From the NCBI RefSeq assembly GCF_009834535.1, contig NC_045711.1, forward strand, positions 12,028,001 through 12,092,000: a stretch of DNA of 64,000 bases, in the 5' to 3' direction. This DNA is from Camelus ferus (Eukaryota). Position 1 is the stretch's first letter. The number at the start of each line of letters is the position of its first letter. The notes under the pieces were generated by a model. It searched no databases. It was not told the DNA's origin and worked only from the letters and a program-made list of their open reading frames with translations. The position numbers and the translations under genes are program-made. This document shows positions 29,543 to 40,403 of this stretch, in pieces.

Positions 29543-32382
29543 ATGGAGAGCAGAGGTCCACTGGCCACATGGCATGGGCTGCTTCTGCTGCTGCCGCTGA
29601 TGCCTCCTAGCCACGCAGGAAGGGCCCTGAGACACACTGTCCCCAGCCAGGTGCAGGGGCAGGACAGGGTGCTCAGCCCCATCTGTGTTTAAATGAGCTA
29701 CTCTTCGGCTCTGCCCTGTTCCTTTCTTTCCTCCCCTGGCCTTGTAGCAGTGCCTCTCCTTCCCTCCCTCTGTCTCCGGCATGTCCTTATTTCAGCTTGT
29801 TTGTTTTCTATCTCTGACAGAGGACTCAGGACCCTCCTGCTCTACACCTCAGCAATGGCCCAGGACAAGAGCCTGTCACCATCATGACCTTCAACCTCAC
29901 CAAGATCACAAAGTATGGGGTTGACCTAATTCCTTGACCTAGTCCCCTGACCTCACCCTCTCTCCATCATCTCCTTTCTTTTCCATTTCTCCCTGCCCTT
30001 CTCTCTCCCTGAAGTCCACCTCCCTCAACCTCACATCTACCATCAAAGGGCACACCCCATACCCAGTCCTTCTGTGTCCTTCCAGAACCTCCTCTTCCTA
30101 TGAGTTTCGCACCTGGGATCCAGAGGGAGTGATTTTTTATGGTGATACCAACCCAAAGGATGACTGGTTTGTGCTGGGACTTTGGGATGGCAGGCCTGAG
30201 GTCCAGCTTCACAATCACTGGGCCCAGCTTACAGTGGTCATCGGACCCTGGCTGGATGATGGGAGGTGGCACCAGGTAAGCCAGATCTAGTCCTGAGAGA
30301 GGGGTGTCTTGAGCTGGTCTGCGGAAGGGAACAGAACCAAGTTACTGGGTATCCTTTTACCATTGTCATCTCATTGAATCCACATAAAAGCCCCATGGAG
30401 CTGCTATTCTTGTCCCCATTTTTTTCAAAGAGGAATTCTGAGGCTTAGTATGTAAGTGACAAGTCCCAAGTGAGCTAGTGACGTTAGCTGACTCGTCAAG
30501 TACGTGTTCTTTCTGCCATACAAAGCTGCCTCTGAAGAAAGTGGTGAAGGCAGGCCTCAGGGGTCCTGGTTCTGCTTCTCTTTTCCTTCCTGCAGTTAGA
30601 AGTGAAGATCCATAGAGACTCTGTGCTGCTGGGGTGGATGGGGAGGAGGTGCTGCCTGCGTCTGAGACAGGTCTCTGGGCCTCTGGCCTACAAACCCCAG
30701 CCCATCATGAGGATTGCGGTGGGGAGGCTGTTGTTCCCTGCCTCCAACCTCTGGTTACCGGTAACTGCATCACAGGAGTAACCAAAGCTGGTAAAGCTCT
30801 GCTGGCTGGGTGGCCATGGGGGTCTAAGTCCACACTTCACGGAGAGGGGATGGGGTGAGTGCTGCATGGGGGGAGGCCAAATACTTGTGTCTTGGAGGGG
30901 AATAAGCTGAGGGTGGAGAGGCTGGGACTAGGGCTCAGATGTCCTGATTCCAGCATCCCCACATCTTCCCTTTCCCCCATGGGCTCCAACTGGTCCCTGC
31001 CCTGGATGGCTGCCTGCGCCAGCATGACTGGCTGGACCAACAGGCCCAGAGCTCAGCATCTGTCCCCACTGGCCTCAGAAGCTGCTCCGTAGAGTCCCAA
31101 CCTGGGATATTCTTCCCTCCAGGGACTGGTGCAGAACGCAGTCTTCAAGGTAAAGGCCATCTTTCTCTCCATGACCAGCTTGTGTCCATTTCCCTCCACC
31201 ACTAGCCTCTTCCATCCACAAATACCCAACCTTGAGACCTCAGGAAGATCATTTCTCCCCCACCCCCAGACATTCCCCAGCCTCATGTAGAGCCCTGGGC
31301 CTTCTCCCTGGACCTGGGACTCCAGCTAGCAGCAGGCTCAGGCCCTCTCCTTGCCCTTGGGACCCCAGAAAACCCTACTCGGCTCAGCCTTCACCTCCAA
31401 GATCAAGTAAGAGAGGGATGCTTCCTGTATATGCTGGAGCCTGGAAGCAGTGGGAGAAAAGGGGACTCCAAGAAGTCAGTACTAGGAAAGCTTAAGGGTA
31501 GGGGTTGGGGGATGGGGGGCCTGCAGAGACACATGTTGAAGCTGCCTACACCAAGCAAATGGCTTTTACTTAAGATTGTATATTTACTTGGGACTTGGGG
31601 TGGGTGTGGTTTTATAGAAGGCCAAGCCAGGAGAATGGAGGCAGGATCGAGGTGGTGGGAATGGCCAGTAATTAGACTGTGTGGCTAAGAGGCAGAATTG
31701 AGGCAGCCAGAGTGGGACCACAAGGTTCACTCTTTCCTTCCCAACTTGTGTCCCTTCCAATATACTCTGCATAAGGTGGTACTGTCTTCTGGGTCGGAGC
31801 CAGGGCTGGACCTGCCCCTGGTCTTGGGACTCCCTCTTCAGCTGAATCTGACTGTGTCCAGGGTGGTTTTGAGCCAGGGGCCAAAGAAGGAGATGCTTAC
31901 TCTGCCTCCTGTGGGTCCTGGCTCCCTCTTCAACCTTTGGGCCCAGCTGCAGGGGCATCTCTTCCTGGGGGCTTTGCCAGGTAAGAAAGTGATGTCCACG
32001 TTTCTCAGCACACCACTGGAAACAGCTAAGGGGAGGGGAGAAGATGGGAAGGGGTGCATTTTTAGGGGAAGGAAACCTCTGGGAGGGAAGAGGAAAAGGC
32101 TACAAGAAGAGAGAGGGTAAGCGGGCAGTGGGAGGAAATGCTTTCAAAAATTTAGGTTGGAGAACTGGAAAAGCAGGGAGGAGCTTCTGGATCCAAGCCA
32201 CCCTAATGTCCCCTCAATGCTACCTCCCTCTAGGAGAGGCCTCTTCTGCCTCCTTTTGCTTGGATGGCCTTTGGGCACAAGGCCAGAGGCTGGACATGGA
32301 CCGGGCCTTGAGCAGAAACCAGGACATCTGGACTCACAGCTGTCCTCAGAGCCCAAGCAATGGCACTGACACCACCTATTAA
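29543..32382 (+). pseudogene. SHBG: Sex hormone-binding globulin locus with disabling-type lesions (candidate unitary pseudogene or splice-rescued gene)
   Basis: Exon homologs 29543-29650, 29821-29912, 30086-30275, 30596-30760, 30990-31149, 31270-31406, 31773-31980, 32234-32382. Exon 4 has a -1/+4 compensated frameshift; the exon 5 acceptor is AA (30988-30989); the exon 7 acceptor is AT (31771-31772). Gene identity is secure ([26 protein letters not shown]); pseudogene status is inferred. Confidence 0.7.
30340..30500 (-). mobile_element. MIR remnant in SHBG intron 3
   Basis: CTCATTGAATCCACATAAAAGCCCC...CCCCATTTTT...GAGGAATTCTGAGGCTTAG matches the reverse MIR core. Confidence 0.6.
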
Positions 32383-32383
32383 A
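32378..32383 (+). terminator. SHBG poly(A) signal ATTAAA overlapping the stop codon
   Basis: TAT TAA A: the hexamer includes the TAA stop. Confidence 0.6.
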
Positions 32384-32407
32384 TCCCTACCTAAGAACCC
32401 CCTTTGA

Positions 32408-32620
32408 ACGTCACTCATTCATTTATTCAACAAATATTTACTGTGCATCTGTAATGTACCAGGTGCTGTGCCAAGCACTGGGTTATACTGATGAGCGACA
32501 TTAACCCTGCTTCCTGCCCTCTTGGTGCTCACGGTCCCCTGGGGGAGGCAGGCATCCATCAAAGCCTAACAAGTGAGTGGATAATTGGAAACTCTGATAA
32601 GCATCATAAAGGAGCAGTCA
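32408..32620 (-). mobile_element. LINE-2 3' end remnant
   Basis: TCATTCATTTATTCAACAAATATTTACTG...CCAGGTGCTGTGCCAAGCACTGGG. Confidence 0.65.
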
Positions 32621-33719
32621 GGGAGCTGAGAGAGCTTGGAGGCCAGCTGCCTTGACCTGGGTTGGGGGGGAGTCAAGGAGGGCTTTCTGAGGAAGTGATG
32701 ATAGCACCCACAGATACATACACCCCCACCTCCTTCCCCAGCAGCTACTCCTTTGGGACTTTAGCTTCCTCCCTCTGAGGCTGGTCCCCAGAAACCAGGA
32801 GGGAAGGGAAGAAGAGATGGGATTTTGTTGTCCTTTAGACTAGCCACTGCTATGCAAGAAAGAAGCAGCAGGGGGCGTGAGTGGGTCATAGAAAGATGAG
32901 GGCGGGGGTTCTGGGAAAAGGGGTGGAGGCAGCAGGGAGAAAATAAAAGGGAGGAGAGCAGAGGGAGAAAGCTGCCTGTCTCTCCTAGCCTCGGTGTACT
33001 TGCTGGGTTCCCACAGGAATTTGTCTTTACTCCATTAAACAAGAATTGGCTTGTGCTAGTCCCAGCTGGAAAGGACAGATTCAGGAATATCTCTGCCCTC
33101 AAAGAATATATGGTGACCCAGCCCTCGGCTCCCAGACCTCTGCAGAATCCTGGTGCCCCAGCTCCTCCCTGGGGCACCCTTTTGCCCCAGCCCTCAGCTC
33201 CCTGGGAAACTTCATGCCCAACCCCCCAACCCCTAGGTCCCAGCTCTCAGCCCTCTTGCAAATCCTTACATCCTAGCCCGAAGCTCCCAGCCCCCTAGGG
33301 AACTCCAGCCGTCAGTCCCCACCTCTCAGTCCTCATCCCTCTTAGGAACTGTTAACCTAGCCCCCATCTCCAGACCCCATGGGGATCCTAGTGTCCCAGC
33401 TTCCCAGGTGATGAGGATCTTCCTACCAGTAACCCAGGCAACAGGGTGAGTCACTCACTGGACCTTCTGTCCCCTTGTTGCAGGGATCAGCCAGGACCTA
33501 AATGGCTCCAGGGTAAGGAGACTTCCAGAGAGTCTCTGGGTTGGAAGACACAAATCCTAGGCCCCTCCTTGGACCCTCTTGATCTCAAGTTTGCAAGATC
33601 TATAGCTGCCTCCATCCAGTCAGAGTGTTTTGCAGGAAAGTCTTCAGCATGGCGAGGGAGCCCCAATTCAACTCTGGTCCCTGGGCAATGTTCAAGGTCA
33701 GCCTGGGCCACTTGGACAT

Positions 33720-34050
33720 GTCCATTCAACTGACATTTCCTGAGCACCTACTGTGTACCAGGCACTGTTCTAGACACAGAGAATGCATTGATGAAAAGGA
33801 TAGACACAATCCCTGCCCCTATGAAGCAAGCTCACAATATAAGGGAGGCAACGGCCAGACAGCTCATAAACAAAAATAAATAAGCAAGGCCATTTCCGAT
33901 AGTGGGCATCTCCAGAAAGGGAACAGAATCCTGTAGTAGAAGCAAGGGTGGTAGGGGAGGAGTGACATTAGCCAAGTGGTCAGGGAAGGCCTCCCTGAGG
34001 CAGTGTCACTTGAGCAGAGACCTGAATAATGAAAAGAAACCAGTCCTATG
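33720..34050 (-). mobile_element. LINE-2 remnant
   Basis: CATTCAAC...CTGAGCACCTACTGTGTACCAGGCACTGTTCTAG and GGGAAGGCCTCCCTGAGGCAGTG motifs. Confidence 0.65.
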
Positions 34051-34530
34051 GGGCCTCGGGTATTGGCTAGTGGGGAGAGAGGTTAAAGGGCCTCAACACA
34101 CCTGGGATCGCACCAAGGGGGTTGTTCTGCGTTGTAACTTCCTGGCCTTGAGGAATCTCCCAGGGGCTAGCTTTTCTCTCCTTCCTCCACTCCATCCTGT
34201 CCAGGACACCGTGCCCCCAACCTCTCTTTCTCCAGCCTGCCCTAGATTCCAGGATTCCTGATTACCATCCAGAGCTGTCTACACTCTTTCATTAAGGCCC
34301 ACCCCCCAACCCTGCTTTGACACAGACTCTGCCAGGACCCACCAAGGGCACCTACGATGCCTGCCCAGTGTCCTGTGCCTCCCCCACACCCCTGAAACCT
34401 TTCCAGAGCTTGGCACCATATGCTGCAGCCTTCAGGCCTGGTCTGCCCACTCACTCTACCCAATGTATTATCACTCTCTTCCCTTCCCCCACCTTCCCTT
34501 CCTCTCCACCCCCCTCTACTCCTTTCTCTC

Positions 34531-34681
34531 CTTTCTTTTCTTTTTTTCTTTTTTTTTTTTTTTTAGTGGGGGAGGTAATTAGGTTTGTTTGTTTGTTTAT
34601 TTTTGATGGAGGTACAGGGGATTGAACCCAGGACGTCATGCATGCTAAGCAGGCACTCTACCACTGAGTCATACCCTCCCC
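34531..34681 (-). mobile_element. tRNA-derived SINE (Vic-1-like)
   Basis: Minus strand GGGGAGGGTATGACTCAGTGGTAGAGTGCCTGCTTAGCATGC...GGGTTCAATCCCC, with a long A-rich tail. Confidence 0.85.
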
Positions 34682-35244
34682 TCTCTTTTCCTTTCTTTCA
34701 GCTAACATTTATTGGCTCCTGACAGTATGCCAAGCACTATGTTAGGTAGTCCACGGGGACTCCAGGGATGAGCAAGAGTTGGTCCTGGCCCTGGAGAACC
34801 AGGGTCTAGGGAGAGAGACACATAAAATGCATTAATAGGGATCTCTAGGAAGTGCCAGGAACTTGAACAAATAATTAACATCTTTAACATTCAGTTTCCC
34901 CAGCTACAAAATGGGCCAGTTACCCTACTCATAGGATTACTGGGTTTGGTGAAATCATGTATCAAATGCCTAGCATGGTGCTCGGCATATAAAAAGCGCC
35001 CAGTATATGAGGGATGTTACTCTTGTTGATATCATTAGCCTTGTGCAGAGTTCCTGAAATATGTCTGAGCCTGCCACATACAGAAGATAAGGAAGGGTGT
35101 GTGATGTGTCTGAAGCAGGGACAGGCTGAGATAGAATGAGGGCAGACTGGGGAGGCTCCTTCAGCCATGGGCTCAGAGGTCTTATATGTCCTGTTGCGGA
35201 GTTGGGGCTTGATCTGGTCAGCAGAGGAACATCTGTGTTTCTTT

Positions 35245-35385
35245 CCTTTTTTTTTAAATTGTAGTAAAAGACACATAACATAATCTTAACCATTTTTAAG
35301 TGTCCAGTTTGGTGGCATTAAGCTTCACAGTGTTGTAAAATCATCACCACTGTCCATCTTCAGAACTCTTCATCTTGTAAAACTC
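35245..35385 (-). mobile_element. LINE-1 3' end fragment
   Basis: TTTTTTAAATTGTAGTAAAAGACACATAACATAATCTTAACCATTTTTAAGTG...CATCACCACTGTCCATCTTCAGAAC. Confidence 0.7.
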
Positions 35386-35903
35386 CCTTTGTCCTACAAT
35401 GACCTGTATGACCTCTGGCACATCACTATGGTTTTTTTCTGCATAATATTAACATTATTAAATTTTTTGCTTGTTTTGTTTATTGGAATGGGATCCCCAG
35501 GAGCACAGGGACCAGAACAGAGCCTGGCTCTGAGCAAATGCTTATTAGATACATGTTGAATGAATGAATGGAAGTTCGGGTTGGACTCTAAAGGGTGGGC
35601 AGTTTTCCAGGACGAGGAAATGAAATGGACAAAGGTGTTAAGTCAGGAATAAGCACAGCCTGTCCCAGGAGTGGCCAGCTCAGCTCCAGTGGAGGGCTAG
35701 TTAGGGCCTAGTGGCAAAGGAGGCTGGGGGACACAGACTGGGTCTAGGCTGTGGAGTACCCTGAAGGTTAGACTGAAGAATCCAGACTATATCCTGCAGG
35801 ATCACAGGAAGCCACTGAAGACCTTTGAGGTGAGGGGTGACCTAATTAAAACTGTATTTTGAGAAAAATAATAATCCTGAACCTGCCGTGGAAGGGACTG
35901 AAG

Positions 35904-36837
35904 TAGGGCCAGCTGCAGAATTTGTGGGACCCAGTGCAAAATGAAAATGTGGAATCTCTTGTTCAAAAAGCAGGAAAAGAGTGACGTTCCAGGTACTAAA
36001 GTAGAAAATGTTTTCCTTTTTTCCATCATCCTTCTCTTGACTTGTCATGATATTTATTTAATGTTATTCTAAATGAAGCAAATAACATTGTTAAACCTTC
36101 AGCTTACTGATCAGTACAGAAGGACTGAAAGGAAAGAGAATTATGGGTTGCCTCAGCTTTCCCTTTCTTTCCATGTCATCACTGCCAGCAGAAGCAGTTG
36201 CCTAAATCAGGGAAGTGATATGACTGAGAAAGCATGTGATAGGATACCTCGATCACCTATGTCCCCTGGAATGCCATTGCCTTCTTTCTGTGTTCAAAGC
36301 AATTTCTGTTTATAAAGGAAAGTGTGGTCTCTCAGCTGTCAGCACTCCCGCTTATTCAGGTGTAGACATGATATGCTTACCTTACTTACTCTGAGTCTTG
36401 CTGAACCCCCACACATGGTGGGTCCACCTGAGATCTGTGCTCATGGACCATCACAGATGGCATGTTAGACTTATCTCCTCTGCTCACACCCATGCTCCAT
36501 TGTCCCACTGGACTTCACTGACAAAGCACAGGTTTGAAGATAAAATTATTAAGAAATTCAAGATGAGGGGAGGGTATAGCTCAAGTGGTAGAGTGCTTTC
36601 TTAGCATCCACAAGGTCCTGGGTTCAATCCCCAGTACCTCTTCTTAAAAAAAATAAATGAGTAAACCCAATTACCTCCCCCATACACACACACAAAATCA
36701 AAAAAAAAAAAAAAGAAAAAGAAAGAAAGAAAAGAAAGAAATTCAAGATGGTCACCGCAGAGCACTAAATCAAGCACAAGTCCACTCCAAGCACCGGCCT
36801 TGTTTGAGCACATCCCAAGCCCATGAAGCCTGCCCTG
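35904..36837 (-). mobile_element. Non-autonomous hAT DNA transposon, MER45-like (hAT-Tip100)
   Basis: Terminal inverted repeats TAGGGCCAGCT ... AGCCTGCCCTG; 8-bp target duplication GACTGAAG (35896-35903) / GACTGGAG (36838-36845); internal sequence matches the recalled MER45 consensus. Confidence 0.8.
36566..36735 (+). mobile_element. tRNA-derived SINE (Vic-1-like) nested in the MER45-like element
   Basis: GGGGAGGGTATAGCTCAAGTGGTAGAGTG...GGGTTCAATCCCCAG, A-rich tail, perfect 15-bp TSD AAGAAATTCAAGATG (36551-36565 and 36736-36750). Confidence 0.92.
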
Positions 36838-37734
36838 GACTGGAGGGAGAGCTTGAGCGGGAGAGTGGTAAGTCAGAATGGGAGTTCGTGAGGAATAGAG
36901 CCAAGGATTTAAAGTGAGAGCTGAAAGAAGAAAAACCTCTCCAGGGAAAAGCAACAAGATTTGAAGAGAGATGAAAAGACATGGATAATGATTCTTAACA
37001 CGAGGTCGGTGAAGGCCCTTGTACCACCCTGTACTAGACTGTGGTTCTCTGGAGCCCTGTGAGAGCTGCGACTTTACCTCCCCAGTGCGAGATTGCACAA
37101 GGTCTCCAGTAGGTGCTCAATAAATGTTTGTTGATCCAAATGGGCAAATGAGGAGGGGATTTCAGACATAGGGTTGGGAGGAGGCAGCACATCCAAGAAG
37201 ATGGGGCTCCAGGGCTGAGGTCCCAGGGCAACGCTGGGGACTGGGAATGTGCTGTTGGGAGGCTTCATCAAGGGGTATGGTGGGAAGGCAGGGAGTCCCC
37301 AGGCTTGGGGAGAACCAGGTGGTGGGAGAAGGGGCTGTGGGAACAGAGACGGTGGTGTTGGGGGGATTGGTAGCAGCTCCTACAAGGGGTATTTCCCTCC
37401 TGCGGTGGCCTTTATCCATCTCTGTGTGGCCTGTTCTAGCTCCCATCCCGGCTGGTATAGCACCCCGGCTGGTCTCTTCGATCCGTTTTTCTTGTCTCTG
37501 GCCCTTTCTCTATTCATCTCAACATTCTGCCCAGTCTCCTGTATCTTAGTCTCTAACTCTCTGCCTGGGGCCCCATCTCAGCATATATCTGCTTTCCTCT
37601 CCGTCTTCTGTGTCTCTCTCGGGTTATCTTTTCCTCTACTGAGCCCGGCACGCCCTCTATTCTCTCCACCCACCCGGATCCAGCCCAGTACCTGCGGTGG
37701 GGGTAGGGAAGAGACCTCTTGGTCTGAAGAGGAG

Positions 37735-37865
37735 TCAGGGGGCGGGCCCAAGCCCTTCCTCCAAATTTGCATATGCATGAGGTCGCCCTGGCCAGCCGCG
37801 AGGAGGCGGGGCTTCTGGGGGTGGGAAGGGGGCGGGCACCCCTGGAGCCGCCGAGTATAAAGACT
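37735..37865 (+). promoter_or_regulatory. ATP1B2 core promoter
   Basis: TATAAA 37856-37861, octamer ATTTGCAT 37765-37772, several GC boxes, start of a CpG island. Confidence 0.75.
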
Positions 37866-38471
37866 GCGCGTCGCGACTGACGGCCCCGCACTGCTGAGGA
37901 GCGAAGCCTTGCTCTGGGGACCCCCTCATCCCCGCCTGTCCCCCAACTGCGCGTCCCCGCCTCACCCCCGCGTCCAAGCCACCGCTGGTGTGGCGGTCTC
38001 CGCTCGGCGGAAGAGCCTTGAGCGGTCACCCAACCCCTCTCCACAGCCTCTTTGCATCTCGGATTTCGGGGCGGCCCCTTCCCCCACTTCTCCCTGCCTC
38101 ACTGCACCCCAATTTTTTCTGCGCTTCGCCCTGGTTTTGCAGCCGTCTATTTTTGCATCCCTTTTCGTTTTACTTCTGGGAGGCTTGGGGGTGAAGCTGC
38201 GATCGCACCCCTTTCCCTTTTTATCTTCCCCTGCTCCGACAACCTCCCTTTTCATCGCAGTCGGGGGGCCTAGAATCTGTGCATCCTACGCTGTGCCGCC
38301 AGCACCCCGTGGCGCGTGGTCCTGCACCCCGGAATTTGCAGCAGCTGCATATCTGAGGGGGGTCTCCCTCGCCACCCTTGCCTTTGCTCCCCGCGCGTTA
38401 GAGTACGTGGGGAGGCTTCATCGCGCAGCACCCCGGCTTCTCCGCAGCCCCCCGCCCCGCGCGGGACTCGC

Positions 38472-38611
38472 NNNNNNNNNNNNNNNNNNNNNNNNNNNNN
38501 NNNNNNNNNNNNNNNNNNNNNNNNNNNNNNNNNNNNNNNNNNNNNNNNNNNNNNNNNNNNNNNNNNNNNNNNNNNNNNNNNNNNNNNNNNNNNNNNNNNN
38601 NNNNNNNNNNN
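38472..38611. other. Assembly gap (140 N), inferred to hide ATP1B2 coding exon 1
   Basis: The 112-nt coding part (MVIQKEKKSCG...) is not visible elsewhere; the gap lies at the end of the GC-rich 5' UTR and is large enough to contain it. Confidence 0.8.
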
Positions 38612-40403
38612 CCGCGCTAGGGGAGGGGGTCCGCCAGGCGACGCCCCGGGGGCACCAGGTCTCGTCGGTCCAGCCCCAGCTCCCTTCCCGGGTCCCCGGT
38701 GTCCAGTCCCCCTGCCTGGCTCTGGGCTGGGAGGGGGCCGAATCGCAGGTCTAATCTCCCTGGCTGGCCGCTGCGGAGGCGGAGAAAGTAGGTCACTGCC
38801 GCCTTCCTGCCCCCCGCGGAGCCCCCTCGCGCGGGGGGTCGCGGGCTCTGCGCGCCTGTCCGCGCCGCGGCGCTCGCGCTCCCTGTCGGGGCCGGTCAGC
38901 GCCACACGGTCGTCCCCCCTTCCCCAGAATAGCGCCCCTTCCCTCCCTCTGGCTCTCCCTAGCTAGCCAACCCCTTCTATTTTTAGCTCGTGCCCACCCC
39001 TTGGACCCTGGGAACATTCATGAGAGGGCGGGTCTTGGAGAGGTGGGGTGTGTATAGGAGGGGGTTCTTTACAGCGGAAGTTGTCTGTATCCTACTGCCG
39101 AGTATTTTGGAGCCTTTTGTGGCTGCTTTGTGGGTGGGAGGGTTGTTGGCCAGGGGTGCCACTGTGAGGTTTTCGAGGTTAGATGTTTGGCTCTGATGTC
39201 GCAGGCAGAGGGAGTGGTCACTAGTGCTGAGATGCGTACATCATCTGGCCCAGTGTGTCTGTGGGCTTGGGGTGGCCTGGCACCTTCCCCACCTTCCCCA
39301 CCCATACCTTGGTGGGACTCACGAGGTGTGGAGGGAGTTGTGTCTGGTTGAGGGTTTGGTGCTGGACATAGGTGCCGGTGACAGGTGGAATTCTTCCAAA
39401 AGGGATTTTCAAGCTGGGAAGTCGAAGCACATGGACGTTGTGTGACACACTTTACAGTTCATCCACACTGATTGAAGCTATCCCCGTTAGCCCACCCACC
39501 TAGGGGCCCTTGAGGTGGGTCTGATGCAGTCCTTGCTGCAGGAAACTTGCAGTTCAGCCCCTGGGACTGGAGGGGTCCATGAGTTCTTGGGAGAATCTGA
39601 GGCAGCTTCATGGGGTATGTGTCTTCTGAGATGGAAGAACTGAGGGTCTGGGGTAGTGGAAACAGCAGGTACTCACACTAGGCTGAGGAGTGACGGACGG
39701 AGTGATGAGTCAGATCCACCAAGGACCAGCTCTTTGCCTGGAAGGCTATGTGAGATCTACCTTTACTCCCAGCTCTGCCCTGGGTGCTGTGTGTGAGTTG
39801 GGAGTGGATGACAGTTGAAGGTTCTGGTCAGCTGTCTCTGAGAGACTCTGCAGCTTGACAGGAGCCTCATTCAAGGTTTGGCTTTTGTGGGGCTCCAAGA
39901 GAGAGAAGATTTTGCTGTTTGAGGGTGAGGGTCCACACTCTCGGGGATGGGATGAGAGTTTGGTTGTGAAGCCAGGCCAGTGCCAGCTTAAAAAGTCATT
40001 GTGCTGGACAGCTTCAAGCATGAGTACCGATACAGTGGAAACAGATGTGCCTTTTCAGGGTCATGAAAGTTGAGAAGTTAGAAATGTAATTTGAGGCAAA
40101 ATGATTGCGGCCTGTTCTAGAGGTTGTCCCAGCAATGAGAGTTTAGGTCTCTTGTGGCCTCCACAAGGTTGGGCCTCACTGTCCTGTAGGACTAGTTGGG
40201 GCTGGGGAGTCATGGCTGGAAGCCAGACACAACTGTCTTTTTCCAGCTGGTCCCTTTTTGCTCCCAGGGGAAGTCTCCAAGATGTTCGTGAGGCTCTTCG
40301 ACCTATTCCTGTGTAGAACTCTGAACGGGAGTGGGGTGTGTGGGAATAGGTGAGGTCATCAAGGAAGACCTGGTGCCTGCTGACCCTGTTTCCTCCTCCA
40401 TAG

